A DNA stretch of 64,000 bases, from the IMG/VR virus record IMGVR_UViG_2596583697_000001, positions 50,484-114,483 of that record, one strand, 5' to 3'. Made by a program: the position numbers and the translations under genes. Positions 34,089-45,889 of the stretch are shown piece after piece. Below the pieces are notes generated by a model. That model was not told the origin of the DNA, did not search any database, and saw only the letters and a list, made by a program, of their open reading frames with translations. Origin of the DNA: a virus. Lineage: Duplodnaviria; Caudoviricetes. Each line of letters begins with the position of its first letter. Position 1 is the stretch's first letter.

Positions 34089-34177
34089 ATATTATTACCT
34101 CAAAGATTTGATATAACATAGTTTATCATAGAACCAATAAAACCACAATAGAAGTGTAGTTTTATAAACTTAGAAAT

Positions 34178-34249
34178 AAATAAAGAAAACTGTTGACAAG
34201 CACCGAGATAGGTGTTATCATTATGAATGTACAGATAAATAAAGAAAAC
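34178..34249 (+). promoter_or_regulatory. SigA promoter bracketed by AAATAAAGAAAAC boxes
   Basis: Box 34178-34190; TTGACA 34193, 17 bp, TGnTATCAT 34216; box 34237-34249. Confidence 0.85.
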
Positions 34250-35537
34250 CAAAAAAGGAGGCAACAAGATGAAAGGTAGTAAAACAGAGTATGCAAAATT
34301 CAAAAGTATCATGAGCAAGGTAAAGAAGAACAGGCCAGAGGTCGCAGCCAACGGAAAGGTTAAATGGGGAGCTGGTAAGTAGAGAGGGGTATTACATAAT
34401 GATGATTAGTTTATTTGATGGATTCTTTGCTTTTAACATTGATTGGAAGGCAGTGGTGGCAATGTCGGCAGCGTTAGTATTAATCAATGTGTTGAGCTAA
34501 CCAAATTGTGAATTGGTAGGAAATATGGAGGTGGTTTAAAAAGTTGAAAGATGCGTTAATTGTGTTATTTATGGTTCTCTACGGCTTTGCAGTACTGTGT
34601 TTGACTTGCTACATGTCTGTTACATATGGTTGGCACTGGATTCTCCTATTAATGTTTATGGGGATTAGATACAAAAGCAGTGACAATAACAGCAACTCGA
34701 AAGAAGGTGAATCGTGAAAGAAGAAATGGAAGAAGAGTTTCAACAGTTTTTAATTGATATGGAAGAATCTGAAAATGCAATGGTATTCTCACGACGCATG
34801 GACGAAGGCGATTACGAAGACAACTATGGAAACAACGAAATTTATGAGTATCAGGAAAAGTTCGCTGAAAAGGTTGAGAATTGGTTAAGAGAAAACAAGT
34901 CTGGTCAGTACCTAGTAACCCGTGGATATTATATTGGAATCATGACACCAGATGAAGCACGAAAACGCAGAATGTTAGAAAAGACAATTGAAGAATTAAT
35001 TGTAAGATAAGGAGATTATTATTTGAAAAACAATACATTTGAAAATATTGGAATCGTAACTACGATAATTGGCGCTGTAACTGGAATTTTTGGATTACTC
35101 GTATTTGCACCTGTTTTAACATTTGGATTTGCATACCTTGGAGGAATGATTCTGAATTACTTTGTTGGCAATTCAGTCGTTAACGGTTTGAATCTTATAT
35201 TTGATACAACAAGATTTACAAGAGATTTAATTCCATTAACATGTGCCATCTTAGCGACAGTTGGTAAATATTTCAGAAGCTCGCAAACTGTCAATAATAA
35301 GAAAAATTAGTACCCGTAAACAAGTCAACTTACATAATGGGGGAATTTAATAGCAACGCAAAAAGTATGGATAATACCGTTTTTGGTAGGGTATTTCGGA
35401 TACCTTATTATTTTTGCACCTTTTTAAGGTTTAATATAGATTTTCCATAAAGTGAGGATCGTGTTATCGCTGGTGAGAGCTGGTGTTTGCATAGAAAGCT
35501 AATAACAATTTTTATTTATAGGAGGTACATAAAGTAC

Positions 35538-36749
35538 ATGAATTTTGAAATGGTAGGAAGAATTTCTTTATCAAAGGAAACAGATAAGTTTAAACCATGG
35601 AGTGAAAAACAGTATGATTCTGGCTGGGTGAAAAGAAGAATTATGTTTAATGTCACATGCGGAGATGATAGGCACTTATTAACAGTTGATGCAGGAGCAT
35701 TTGCCGATGGTCATGGAGATGTTTGGACATTTTCAAAAGGGTCTGTAGACGAAAATGGAAAAAGGGTGAAAGGAGAGTCCTTGAAAATTCCGTTTAAGGA
35801 TAGGCTCACATCTAAGAAGCTAGCAGAGGTAGCCGAGTTCAAAAAGTTCATCTTTGATACAGAGAAGCCAGGCAGAAGATATAAGCTTGAAAAGGCTGCC
35901 GAAAAGGTTAAAGAGGGGGCATCACTTACAGATGAAGAATTACAGGATATTGAAATTGCAAGTGAATCTGAATTAGATGAGGCTCTTGCCAAGTCTAACA
36001 AGAAAAGACACGAATTTATTTCTGAATGGGATTTTGCTGAATTTATCAAAAAGGTAATAGATAGTGGCAAATTCAAAGATAAAAAATTTCTGATTAGGGG
36101 AAACGGAAATTACTCATATTCGGAAAACAAAGAAAAGGTGTATGAAAATTATATCCCATCAAGAATCTACTTAGCAGCAGACGATTCAGAAGAGCATTCT
36201 ACTGCAACTCTCAACATTTTGTATAACAAAGACAGTTTTGACGACATGAGTGCTGATGAACTGGGAAAATATTATGTAAATGGTTTTATGATGGAATATG
36301 ACAACAATAGAAAATCGAATATTCCATGTTCTGTTACTATCACAATTCCAACGTGTCCAGAAGGAGCATCAGAAAAAGATAAGAAAAAGACTGAATCTAT
36401 CAAGAGGAAGTTTATGGTTAATGATGATTCATGGAAAGAGTATGGAGCTGTTGTTTCTATGTTAAATGGAGCACAAAAAACAGAAATTACAGAAGATATG
36501 CTCACTGATGATCAGAAAGAAGATCTTGAGTGTGGACTAATTACAATTGAAGATATTCGCGCAGAACTTGGTGGTAGCGTTTATGGAGATAGAATCCAGG
36601 AATATCAGTTTATTAAGCCAGCTAAAGGCTTTACCAAGGGAAGAAATGATACCGTGTACACAGATGATGATATGGTAATCAAATCTATTGAAAAAGAACT
36701 GCCTGAAGGAACTGAAGACCTTTTTGAAGATGAAGACGATGATCTGTAA
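35538..36749 (+). CDS. Phage replication-region protein, possibly SSB-like
   Basis: RBS AGGAGG before ATG 35538; acidic C-terminal tail (EDLFEDEDDDL); first gene of the replication block. Confidence 0.45.
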   Translation: MNFEMVGRISLSKETDKFKPWSEKQYDSGWVKRRIMFNVTCGDDRHLLTVDAGAFADGHGDVWTFSKGSVDENGKRVKGESLKIPFKDRLTSKKLAEVAEFKKFIFDTEKPGRRYKLEKAAEKVKEGASLTDEELQDIEIASESELDEALAKSNKKRHEFISEWDFAEFIKKVIDSGKFKDKKFLIRGNGNYSYSENKEKVYENYIPSRIYLAADDSEEHSTATLNILYNKDSFDDMSADELGKYYVNGFMMEYDNNRKSNIPCSVTITIPTCPEGASEKDKKKTESIKRKFMVNDDSWKEYGAVVSMLNGAQKTEITEDMLTDDQKEDLECGLITIEDIRAELGGSVYGDRIQEYQFIKPAKGFTKGRNDTVYTDDDMVIKSIEKELPEGTEDLFEDEDDDL

Positions 36750-36790
36750 TTATCAAAACAAATAAACTTATTACTACATAAAAGGAGATA

Positions 36791-37957
36791 TTGTTAATGG
36801 CAAAGTTTGGAAAGAAAAATAAGGTTAGCACAAAATTAGAGGATTATAACATTTGTTTGCTTGGTGAGTCTGGAATTGGTAAAACCACATTGATGAAAGA
36901 AGTCTGCGAAGATTTGTTTGGTGGCGATGGATATATGATTTTTAACTGTGGTAAAGAAGACGGTGTAAGTTGTTTAAAAGATGCTTCATATGAGGATATT
37001 GATTCTTATAAAAAATTTGATGCAGTTACAAAAGATATTATTCAAAATAAAGAGACAGATTATCCGGAATTGAAAGTTATCGTAACCGATACATTAGACC
37101 AGTTATTTGAAATCGTAGAACCAGAAGCTGTGCGAAGATGGAATGCGGAGAATCAAGGAAAAAAAGATTTCATTTTAGCAAAAACACTCAATGCATCATG
37201 GGGTGGTTTTGGTAGAGGAGAAGAAAAAGTAATTGAAATTATTCTTGATAGAATGTGGGAATTAAAGAAAGTCGGAGTGGCGTTCTGGTCTTGTGGACAT
37301 GTTAAGACACGTGAAATTTTAGATCCTCTTACTGGGCAGACATATACAACCCTTAGTACTAACATGATGCAGAAATATTTCAATGGAATTAAGACAAAAA
37401 TGCATGTGGTAGGTGTTGCTTGTATTGATAGAGAGATTATTAAGGAATCCACAGGAAGAAAGAACGTTGTAACTAAGAAGGAAATTACAAAGAATAAGGT
37501 GGTATCTGAAAGCAGAAAGATTATTTTCCGTGACGATGACTATGGTGTTGATTCTAAGAGCAGATTTGCCAATATTGTAGATGAAATTCCATTAGACAAA
37601 GATGAATTTATTAAAGCATTGAAAGAAGCTGTTTTAAATGCTGGTGGAAAACCTGTAAAAAATAAGGAAAACATAAAGGCATCAATTCCAAAAGAGGAGA
37701 AACAACCGGAAGAAGACGCTCCTTTTGAAGAAGAAAATTTAGAAATTGATGATGACATTGTGGAAGACGACACAGAACTTGTGGAGGAAGTTGAATCTGA
37801 TTATCCAGAGGATCTAATTGGAGTCATTAGAACGATGTTTAAAGAATGCTCCGACCCTAAGACAAAAGCAGAAGTAAAAGGTATGATTGCTGAGCATGGA
37901 AAACTCAACAATGTTCCAGAAATTGATTTAAAGAAAATTTATGATGTGTTGAAGTAG
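36791..37957 (+). CDS. AAA-family P-loop ATPase (Sak4/AAA_24-like)
   Basis: GESGIGKTT, IVTDTLD, GH.K. Confidence 0.75.
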   Translation: MLMAKFGKKNKVSTKLEDYNICLLGESGIGKTTLMKEVCEDLFGGDGYMIFNCGKEDGVSCLKDASYEDIDSYKKFDAVTKDIIQNKETDYPELKVIVTDTLDQLFEIVEPEAVRRWNAENQGKKDFILAKTLNASWGGFGRGEEKVIEIILDRMWELKKVGVAFWSCGHVKTREILDPLTGQTYTTLSTNMMQKYFNGIKTKMHVVGVACIDREIIKESTGRKNVVTKKEITKNKVVSESRKIIFRDDDYGVDSKSRFANIVDEIPLDKDEFIKALKEAVLNAGGKPVKNKENIKASIPKEEKQPEEDAPFEEENLEIDDDIVEDDTELVEEVESDYPEDLIGVIRTMFKECSDPKTKAEVKGMIAEHGKLNNVPEIDLKKIYDVLK

Positions 37958-38006
37958 GTGAAAGAGAGGGATTCCCCCTCTCCCCCTATAAAAGAGAGGT
38001 AATCAC

Positions 38007-38492
38007 ATGTTGGTTAAGTGTCGTGTTTGTGGAAATAAAATTGAAAGAAATGCCGCATATAAGGTTAGAAATAAAAATGTAAATGAATACTATTGCAACC
38101 AAGAAGAATATTCGGAGAAACTTGAAAAAATTAAAATTAAAGATGATACATATGGAAAAATATTTGATATTTTTGGAAGAAGAATAACAAACACTGCGTT
38201 ATTCAAAGAAATTTTAGAACTCGAAAGTGTGTATGGATATGAAAAAATTTACCAGTATTTGTGTGAAAATAAAAAAAAACTTACCAATATTCTTAGTAAA
38301 GATTTTAAAAATGAATATGCTCAAATTAGATATTTCTCAGCTATTCTTAAAAATAATCTAGCAGATTTTAAAATTGAAAGCAGTCAACAGGAAAAGAAGA
38401 TTGAAATAGATATGCCAACCGTGAAATATGCTCAAAGAAAAAAACGTAAGTCATTGTTAGAAATCGAGCAGGAAGTGGAGGGAGAGAAATAG
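38007..38492 (+). CDS. Hypothetical protein with N-terminal Cys motif, upstream of the helicase (possible loader)
   Basis: KCRVCG..YYC; position. Confidence 0.45.
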   Translation: MLVKCRVCGNKIERNAAYKVRNKNVNEYYCNQEEYSEKLEKIKIKDDTYGKIFDIFGRRITNTALFKEILELESVYGYEKIYQYLCENKKKLTNILSKDFKNEYAQIRYFSAILKNNLADFKIESSQQEKKIEIDMPTVKYAQRKKRKSLLEIEQEVEGEK

Positions 38493-40039
38493 GCGAGTTT
38501 ATTACTGGAGTAAAAGAAAAATACCCGCAGCAGCTATTGAAGGGCAGGATTGAGGCAGAGGGAAACGTAGTGAGTTGCTTTTTCAAAGATATGTTGTTAC
38601 TTGATGAAACTACTTTTGAGCAGAAGGATTTTATATCAAGTGACGGACTGTTTTACTTTTCATTGCTCAGGCAATTAAGGGCAAAAGGGTTCTATTCATT
38701 AGATGAAGTAACGATTCTTTCAAATTTGCAAGAAGATGTCATTGAAAGATATGATGCCATTGGAGGCTGGGATACAATACAGCACCAAATTGATATCATA
38801 AATCTACAGAATTTTGATACATATATAGACATTTTATATCGAGAGAATATCTTGATTAATATGCACGACGATGGCTTTAATTTATTGAAAGAAATTGACC
38901 TAAATGGAAAGAATATTGTTCCATTGAAACTATTTCGCAAGATGAGCGCAGAGGAAGTAACCGACTGGTATGAAGCCAGAATCACTTCTTATGGCACAGG
39001 ATATTCAAGCAAAGTTATTGAAGAAGAGGAAATAGATTTTGATGACGAGTTTATTGAAAGCTGTAAAGAAGGTCTTGAAAATGGGATACCTTTTGATATT
39101 GCGGGATATGACATAAATGGAAATGAAATTAATTGTTTTCCATTCCTTTCTAGACAAACAATGGGGCTATTGGAGGGGACTCTCACTATGCTTGGTGGAT
39201 TCTCGTCGTCCGGGAAGAGCACATGGTGGATTACTGTAATTATGGCATTACTATATCATGACAGAAAAATACTAATTATATCAAACGAAGAGCGAATTAA
39301 AAAGTTCAAAACTAAATTTATGGTTTGGTTGTTAGCAAAATATAGTCGCTACTTTAAATTAACAAAAGGAAAATTTACCGCAGGAGATATAGATACCGCA
39401 AGTCGCGAAGAACTAAAAAAAGTTCAAAAATTTTGGAAGGATAATTATAAAGGCAAGGTTAAGTTTGTAGCAATTAATGATGCAGACATGAGTATTGTAA
39501 AGAAAAAAATTAGAGAAAATGTATTGAGATATGGATATGATACAGTTCTTTACGATACTTTTAAGATTCAAGAATCAGATTTTAACGGTTCTCGTCAGGA
39601 TTTATCCTTGGTCAAGGATAGCAGAGATTTAGATAAGATGGGTAAAAAGTATAACATTATTATGTTAGCTTCAGTCCAATTAGCTGAATATATGAAAGGA
39701 AAATTATTCCTTGATAGTTCAGTTTTGTCTAACTCAAAACAAATTAAAGAAATATTAGAAGGTTTGTTCCTAATGCGGAATGTATTTGATGAAGAGCTAG
39801 ATGAAAAAAGTAAATATTACTGTAAGCCATTTAAAATCACGAGAGTAAATGATAAATGGATTGAAGAAGAATATAAGCCAGATAGAACCGCGGTATGGAG
39901 AATGTTGTTTGTTGAAAAAACTAGGAATGGTAGAAACTCATCAGATACAGGAATTGCATATCTATTAAAATTCGATGGAGATCATTGCATATTCAGAGAG
40001 ACAGCTCAGTGTCGTCCAAAACATGGTGAAATAAAATAA
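38489..40039 (+). CDS. dnaB: Replicative DnaB-like helicase (ATA start inferred)
   Basis: GGFSSSGKST, ISNEE, YDTFK, SVQL, KTRNG. Confidence 0.8.
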   Translation: MGEFITGVKEKYPQQLLKGRIEAEGNVVSCFFKDMLLLDETTFEQKDFISSDGLFYFSLLRQLRAKGFYSLDEVTILSNLQEDVIERYDAIGGWDTIQHQIDIINLQNFDTYIDILYRENILINMHDDGFNLLKEIDLNGKNIVPLKLFRKMSAEEVTDWYEARITSYGTGYSSKVIEEEEIDFDDEFIESCKEGLENGIPFDIAGYDINGNEINCFPFLSRQTMGLLEGTLTMLGGFSSSGKSTWWITVIMALLYHDRKILIISNEERIKKFKTKFMVWLLAKYSRYFKLTKGKFTAGDIDTASREELKKVQKFWKDNYKGKVKFVAINDADMSIVKKKIRENVLRYGYDTVLYDTFKIQESDFNGSRQDLSLVKDSRDLDKMGKKYNIIMLASVQLAEYMKGKLFLDSSVLSNSKQIKEILEGLFLMRNVFDEELDEKSKYYCKPFKITRVNDKWIEEEYKPDRTAVWRMLFVEKTRNGRNSSDTGIAYLLKFDGDHCIFRETAQCRPKHGEIK

Positions 40040-40053
40040 TAGAGTGGTGATGT

Positions 40054-41079
40054 ATGCTAAATGACATTAAGAAAGAATTGATAAATCACCCAGACAAACT
40101 GAAAGATGTTCTTGAACACTTTGGTTATCACAATGTAGTGATAAGACCTAAATACTTACAATTTGGCAGAGCAATTGATGCGTCGAAAAAGTCTATAATA
40201 ATCAAGCTTGAAAATAATCAGTATCTGTATGTTCATGATTTTGCAAGGAATATAGAAAAAGATTTGTTTGGATATATAAGTGAACAAAGAAGAGTATGCT
40301 TTTCGGAAGTACTCTCTGTAACAAAAGATGTCTTGCATATAACAGATTACTATGACTTCTTCGATAATAAAGGAATTTTCGGAGGATTTTATGAAAGAGT
40401 AAGAAAGCGCAATACAAACAAGATTACAACATATGAAAATTCAATATTATGTCACTACATAAAGTGTGGGAATTTACGATTTCTTAATGACAATATATCA
40501 CTTGAGGCGCAGAGATTCTTCAATATCATGTATGATGTGGAATCACAAGGAATTGTAATTCCTATATACAATCAACTCGGACAGTTAATGGGTGTAAAGG
40601 TTAGATGTAATTATGATGTTCCAGATGGTGAGATGAAGTATTATTACTTGGTTCCATGTGCAATGTCACAGACGTTATATGGGTATTCCCATAACTACAA
40701 CTTTCTTGTTGACAATGTTGTATTGATTTTTGAAAGTGAGAAAAGCGTATTACAGTGCTATTCATATGGGATTAGGAATTGTGTGGCTATTGGTAGTGGC
40801 TCTATAAATCCAAAACAAATCCAAATGCTGTATGAATTAAATCCAAAAGCATTGATATTCATGCACGATGTAGGGTTTGAACTTGACAGCATAATGCGGA
40901 ACATAAACATCTCAAAGTTATATTCAAGATTCTATGAAATAGATTTTGGTTATTGGGATTACTTCAACAAGAATTATAAGAACAAGTTTTCTCCGTCTGA
41001 CTTAGGGAGAGATGAACTTTTAAGAATATTGCACAGTGAAATAAAAATGATTGGAAGTGATGATGACGACGAATTATAA
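40054..41079 (+). CDS. DNA primase (TOPRIM)
   Basis: IVIPIYNQLGQLMGVKVR, LYG, IFESEKSV, follows the helicase. Confidence 0.75.
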   Translation: MLNDIKKELINHPDKLKDVLEHFGYHNVVIRPKYLQFGRAIDASKKSIIIKLENNQYLYVHDFARNIEKDLFGYISEQRRVCFSEVLSVTKDVLHITDYYDFFDNKGIFGGFYERVRKRNTNKITTYENSILCHYIKCGNLRFLNDNISLEAQRFFNIMYDVESQGIVIPIYNQLGQLMGVKVRCNYDVPDGEMKYYYLVPCAMSQTLYGYSHNYNFLVDNVVLIFESEKSVLQCYSYGIRNCVAIGSGSINPKQIQMLYELNPKALIFMHDVGFELDSIMRNINISKLYSRFYEIDFGYWDYFNKNYKNKFSPSDLGRDELLRILHSEIKMIGSDDDDEL

Positions 41080-42670
41080 CATTTTGAATGATTGTCGTGG
41101 AATGTATGAGGAAGAGATTTTTGAAACAGTATTAGAATCAAGAGGAATAATCGATGCAGATAGATTTTTGTATCCAGATGAAGATGATTTATTACCATTA
41201 GATTCGCTAAAGAATATAGATGAAGCGTTTAGTGAATTAAATACTGTACTAAGTAGTTCTGGAATAATTGGAATTCACTTTGACGTGGATTGTGATGGGA
41301 TTGCATCGGGCACTATCATGACAAGATACCTAAAAAATCATACTAAAAAAGAAAACGTAGAAACGTTTATCAATGATGGTAAAAAGCATGGATTGAAGTC
41401 TCAGGATCTTGATAAATTTAATGGACTTGAATTATTGATTGTTGTAGATAGTTTGGACAGTGATATTAAACAATATAAAAGGTTAAAAGAAAAGGGAGTT
41501 AAAGTTATTGTTTTAGACCACCATGCAGTAAAGAGCGAAATTCCATATGAAAAATATGTGACGCTTGTGTCGTCTCAAATGGATTATGAAAACAAAGCAT
41601 TATCTGGTGCAGGTGTTGTGTGGAAGTTTTGTAAATACATAGATGAGCAATATGGAACCGACCATGCCGACTCCTTGATGGACTTAGCAGCGTGTGGAAT
41701 TATTGCAGATATGATGGATATGACAGTTATGGAAAACAGATACATAGTATCAAGGGGGCTTGACAAAATATATAATCCTGCAATTAAGAAAATTGTAGGT
41801 GGATTTGAGTTTAATAGTACAGCAATCTCATTTAGTGTAGCCCCTTTGATAAACGCAGCGAACAGAATGGGGCGGAATGAATCAGCTATGAATGCTTTTC
41901 TAGCTGATGATAACAAAGAAGTTTTAAAATATGTTAAGGAACTAAAGAAATGTAAGGAGCAACAGAACGAAGAAGTGAAACTTCTATTACCAGATATATT
42001 AGAACAATGTGAGAAACAGATTGACAAAAAGATGCTTGTTTCATTGATAAATACTCCATATGGAATCAGTGGGTTAATAGCAAATAAATTACTTGAAAAA
42101 TATCAGCGTCCGATATTGGTCATAAAAGATGGAAATGGTGTGTTTGCTGGATCTATGAGAGCGATTGGAGTTGATGACTTTAGAAAAATCTGCAATGAAA
42201 GTGGTTTGGCGAAAGCCGACGGTCATGAATTGGCGAGTGGTATAGAAATTGAGAAAGTTAATTACAACAAGTTTATTGAATATATAGAGATGAATTTACC
42301 ACAGTTAAAAACAGACTTTTCAGTTGATGTTGACATCAGAATTAACGTTGATGATTTGACAAGAAAACTTGTAGACAGAATTAAAACTATCGACAGAGTG
42401 TCTGGTGAAGGATTTAAACCAGTCAAGGTATTTATAGACGGTATTGATGAGTATGAAATTGGGCATATGAGTGATTATAAACACTTGGTAGTTAAACCAA
42501 ATAATTACACCAATATCATTAAGTGGAATTTTATGGGATCTTTTGATGACATGGAAGAATCTAGCATGATGAACGATGAATTAGAAATAGTGTGTAATCT
42601 CGATTCTGGGTTCTTAGGTAGAAACTTTGTATTAAAGGCGATATGCGATGAGATAAAGGTGGTGAATTAA
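41060..42670 (+). CDS. RecJ-like DHH-family exonuclease
   Basis: DVDCDG, VLDHH, LSGAGV, ADMMD, APLINAANR, GSMR, GHELASG. Confidence 0.88.
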   Translation: MMTTNYNILNDCRGMYEEEIFETVLESRGIIDADRFLYPDEDDLLPLDSLKNIDEAFSELNTVLSSSGIIGIHFDVDCDGIASGTIMTRYLKNHTKKENVETFINDGKKHGLKSQDLDKFNGLELLIVVDSLDSDIKQYKRLKEKGVKVIVLDHHAVKSEIPYEKYVTLVSSQMDYENKALSGAGVVWKFCKYIDEQYGTDHADSLMDLAACGIIADMMDMTVMENRYIVSRGLDKIYNPAIKKIVGGFEFNSTAISFSVAPLINAANRMGRNESAMNAFLADDNKEVLKYVKELKKCKEQQNEEVKLLLPDILEQCEKQIDKKMLVSLINTPYGISGLIANKLLEKYQRPILVIKDGNGVFAGSMRAIGVDDFRKICNESGLAKADGHELASGIEIEKVNYNKFIEYIEMNLPQLKTDFSVDVDIRINVDDLTRKLVDRIKTIDRVSGEGFKPVKVFIDGIDEYEIGHMSDYKHLVVKPNNYTNIIKWNFMGSFDDMEESSMMNDELEIVCNLDSGFLGRNFVLKAICDEIKVVN

Positions 42671-45600
42671 ATATTTACACATTTACATGTTCATACGTTA
42701 TATAGTTTATTGGACGCAAATATAAAGATTGATGAATTGTTTGAACGTATTCTGGAACTTGGCCAAAAGTCAATTGCAATAACAGATCATGGGAATATGT
42801 ACGGTGCTGTTGAGTTTTATAAAAAAGCTAAAGAAAAAGGCGTTAAACCAATAATCGGATGTGAGTGTTATATCTGTTCGGACGTTACTGTTATGAGCAG
42901 AGAAAATACAATGTACCATCTAATACTATTGGCAAAAGACGAAACTGGACGACAAAATCTACAGAAGTTAGTGAAAGAATCTACTAAGTATAAATTCAAT
43001 AAGCGACCACGGATTGATTTTAACATGTTGCAAAAATATCACAATGGACTAATATGTTTAAGCGCTTGTATGGCGGGCGAAGTATCGAGAGCGCTCACAT
43101 CAGGAAATCTCGAAATGGCAGCAAATATCGCAAAAAAATATAAAGATTTGTTTGGTGATGATTATTACATAGAGTATCAAGCACATGAAGAATCTGCCCA
43201 GCAGGAGCTTAACAAAAAATTGGTAAGTTTGGCTAACATGCTTGATATCAAATACGTTGTAACGTGCGATTCTCATTATTTAACCGTAGAAGATCAAAAA
43301 TATCATAGTATATTCGTAAAAATAGGGCAAACAAGAGAAGCCGGAGAAATATACAATGACTGTTATGTACAGTCTGAAGATGAAGTCAAAGAAAAATGCC
43401 AAAGCACATTCGAATATAACTTGATTGCAATAGCAAATACACAAGAAATAGTAGATAAATGCAATGTAGATTATCCACTTTCTGCCCCAATTATACCACA
43501 TACCGATATTCCGAAATCTTATAAATCTGAAAAACAATATTTGAAGAGCCTGTGTAATACTGGTTTTAAAAATAAAGGTTTTTTTGATTGGAATTTAGAA
43601 CAATGGAAACAGTATATGACTCAAGTTGTATCTGACGAAATTGGTAATGAGACAAAAAAAGAATTTGTACACTTCGATACAGCAGAAGAGGTTGTTAAGA
43701 TTTACAAAGATAGGGCTAAATATGAGATAGATGCTGTATTGAAAATGGGGTTTGAAGGTTATTATTTATTAGTTCACAGTTATATTGCATCTGCAAAACG
43801 GAGGGGAATAGCGAGGGGAAGTGCAGGTGGCTCTTTATTAGCATATCTCAGTGGCATAGTAGATATTGATCCCATTAAGTATGGATTATACTTTGAAAGA
43901 TTTATTGACGTTGGAGCTTTGGATTTACTTGAATCAAATCAGATTACAAAGAATGAGTTAAAAATACCAGATGTAGACGCAGACTTTTCTCCTAAAGATA
44001 GAGACAAGGTAATGAAATACATTATAGACACTTATGGTTGGGAGAACGTTGTATGCCTTGGGGTATTTCAATACATTTGGGCGAAAGGTGCAATTAAAGA
44101 TATTGGCAAAGTCCTTGGTATACCATTTGAAATTACAAATGAAATGACAAAATTGCTTGATGACGAAACAATTGATGAAGCACTGGAGAATGGAGTACTG
44201 GACTCATATATAAACGACTATCCAGAATTATTTGAATATGCCTCTAAGCTGTCTGGATTGCCTAAATCATTTGGTATGCACCCTTGTGGAAAGGTGATTT
44301 GTATGAAAAATGCAGATTATTACAGCGCACTTGAGTATGTTCCAGATAAAGACGTTTGGGTTTTACAGGGGGATATGCACACAGCGGACGATTTAGGGCT
44401 TGTAAAGATAGATCTCCTTGGTTTACGTACATTAGATGTAATATATGATGTACTTGAAATGATTGGTAAGGATTATGAATTTATAGCCCCGCATAAAATC
44501 AATCTTTGTGACAAGAAGGTTTGGAATGAATTCATGAACGGAAATTCACTTTTAATATTCCAGTTCGAGTCACAGGGAATGAGACAAATGCTTTCAGATA
44601 TGAAATGTAATAGTATTGAAAACTTGTCAGCAGCTAATGCGTTATATCGCCCAGGAGCAAAGGCGTATATTCCAAACTATATAGCAAGAAAAAATGGTTT
44701 GGAGCCGATTACATATTTACATGATGACTTGATACCGATATTGGAGAGTACATATGGAATTATAGTATATCAAGAACAGTTGATTGAAATTGGAAAACTT
44801 GCTGGATTAAGAAATCCAGACGAACTTAGGCAAGCCACTGCAAAGAAAAAACCTAAGTTAATGGCAAAGATTGAGCCAGAATTAAAGAGTGGATTAACAA
44901 ATTCAAGATGGACTAAGGAACAAGTGGATACTTTGTGGGATGATATATTAGTCTTTGCAAAATACTCATTTAATAAATCGCACTCAGCAGCTTATGCATT
45001 AACTGCGTATATAACAATGTATTTAAAGGTACATTATCCTACAGAGTTTATTACAGCATACATCAATTCATATGATGGTGATACAAATAAAATTGCCGAA
45101 GTATTAGATGAGGCAAAAAGAATCGGGGTGGTATTTAAGTTTGACGATTGGAAGATTATAAAAGGAAAAACAATGTGTGATGACGGAATTGTATATTTAG
45201 GAATCAATACATTAAAGGGGTTTGGAGAAAATGTATCAAACGGGTTGCAAGAAATAGGAAGACAGTCATACAGCACATTTGTGGATCTTATTAAATTATT
45301 TGAGACGCATCCAGATGTTGATAAATCACAATTTGAGGTAATGATTAAACTCAATTTCTTCCGCGAATATGGAAAGCCAGGTAAATTGTTAAAAATTTAT
45401 AAGTTGTATAGCGACATATACAATGCAAAAGTCTTTAATAAAGCAAAACTTCCAATTGATGAAAATATCATCAGAAAATATGCAAGAGAGACTGCAAAAC
45501 AATTTCGAGACATAGACAACATTGGATTGTTTAATGAGCTATACAGTGTAATCGAAGATAAGGATTTATCATTAAAAGCAAAAATCAAAAACAAATTTGA

Positions 45601-45889
45601 ATACCAAGGTATTGTCGATTATGTTGATAGTAGGCTTTCAGATTTCGCTTATGTATTAAAAACTAACACTAAATATTCCCCAAAGATAAAGCTATATTAT
45701 CTTGGCAATGGTGCAACAGAGGTGTGCAAGATTTCTAAAAAGAATTTTTCAAATAATCCTGTGGACGTTGGTGATGTGATTCAGATGATTGATATAAAGA
45801 AAAAATTCAAGTATGAAAAAATTGGTGACGAATTTATTCAAAATACAAGCGCATATGATACTTGGATTGAAAAATATATAATAAAGTAG
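42671..45889 (+). CDS. dnaE: DNA polymerase III alpha subunit (ATA start inferred)
   Basis: HLHVHT.YSLLD, AITDHG, RGSAGGSL, PDVDADF, KIDLLGL, YQEQ, YSFNKSH. Confidence 0.95.
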   Translation: MFTHLHVHTLYSLLDANIKIDELFERILELGQKSIAITDHGNMYGAVEFYKKAKEKGVKPIIGCECYICSDVTVMSRENTMYHLILLAKDETGRQNLQKLVKESTKYKFNKRPRIDFNMLQKYHNGLICLSACMAGEVSRALTSGNLEMAANIAKKYKDLFGDDYYIEYQAHEESAQQELNKKLVSLANMLDIKYVVTCDSHYLTVEDQKYHSIFVKIGQTREAGEIYNDCYVQSEDEVKEKCQSTFEYNLIAIANTQEIVDKCNVDYPLSAPIIPHTDIPKSYKSEKQYLKSLCNTGFKNKGFFDWNLEQWKQYMTQVVSDEIGNETKKEFVHFDTAEEVVKIYKDRAKYEIDAVLKMGFEGYYLLVHSYIASAKRRGIARGSAGGSLLAYLSGIVDIDPIKYGLYFERFIDVGALDLLESNQITKNELKIPDVDADFSPKDRDKVMKYIIDTYGWENVVCLGVFQYIWAKGAIKDIGKVLGIPFEITNEMTKLLDDETIDEALENGVLDSYINDYPELFEYASKLSGLPKSFGMHPCGKVICMKNADYYSALEYVPDKDVWVLQGDMHTADDLGLVKIDLLGLRTLDVIYDVLEMIGKDYEFIAPHKINLCDKKVWNEFMNGNSLLIFQFESQGMRQMLSDMKCNSIENLSAANALYRPGAKAYIPNYIARKNGLEPITYLHDDLIPILESTYGIIVYQEQLIEIGKLAGLRNPDELRQATAKKKPKLMAKIEPELKSGLTNSRWTKEQVDTLWDDILVFAKYSFNKSHSAAYALTAYITMYLKVHYPTEFITAYINSYDGDTNKIAEVLDEAKRIGVVFKFDDWKIIKGKTMCDDGIVYLGINTLKGFGENVSNGLQEIGRQSYSTFVDLIKLFETHPDVDKSQFEVMIKLNFFREYGKPGKLLKIYKLYSDIYNAKVFNKAKLPIDENIIRKYARETAKQFRDIDNIGLFNELYSVIEDKDLSLKAKIKNKFEYQGIVDYVDSRLSDFAYVLKTNTKYSPKIKLYYLGNGATEVCKISKKNFSNNPVDVGDVIQMIDIKKKFKYEKIGDEFIQNTSAYDTWIEKYIIK

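Noticed and set aside
3549-34164. CRISPR array or classical integron attC interpretation of the dispersed repeat
   Set aside because: Sites are 16 bp, degenerate and separated by whole genes; no cas genes and no long attC hairpins with RYYYAAC/GTTRRRY ends
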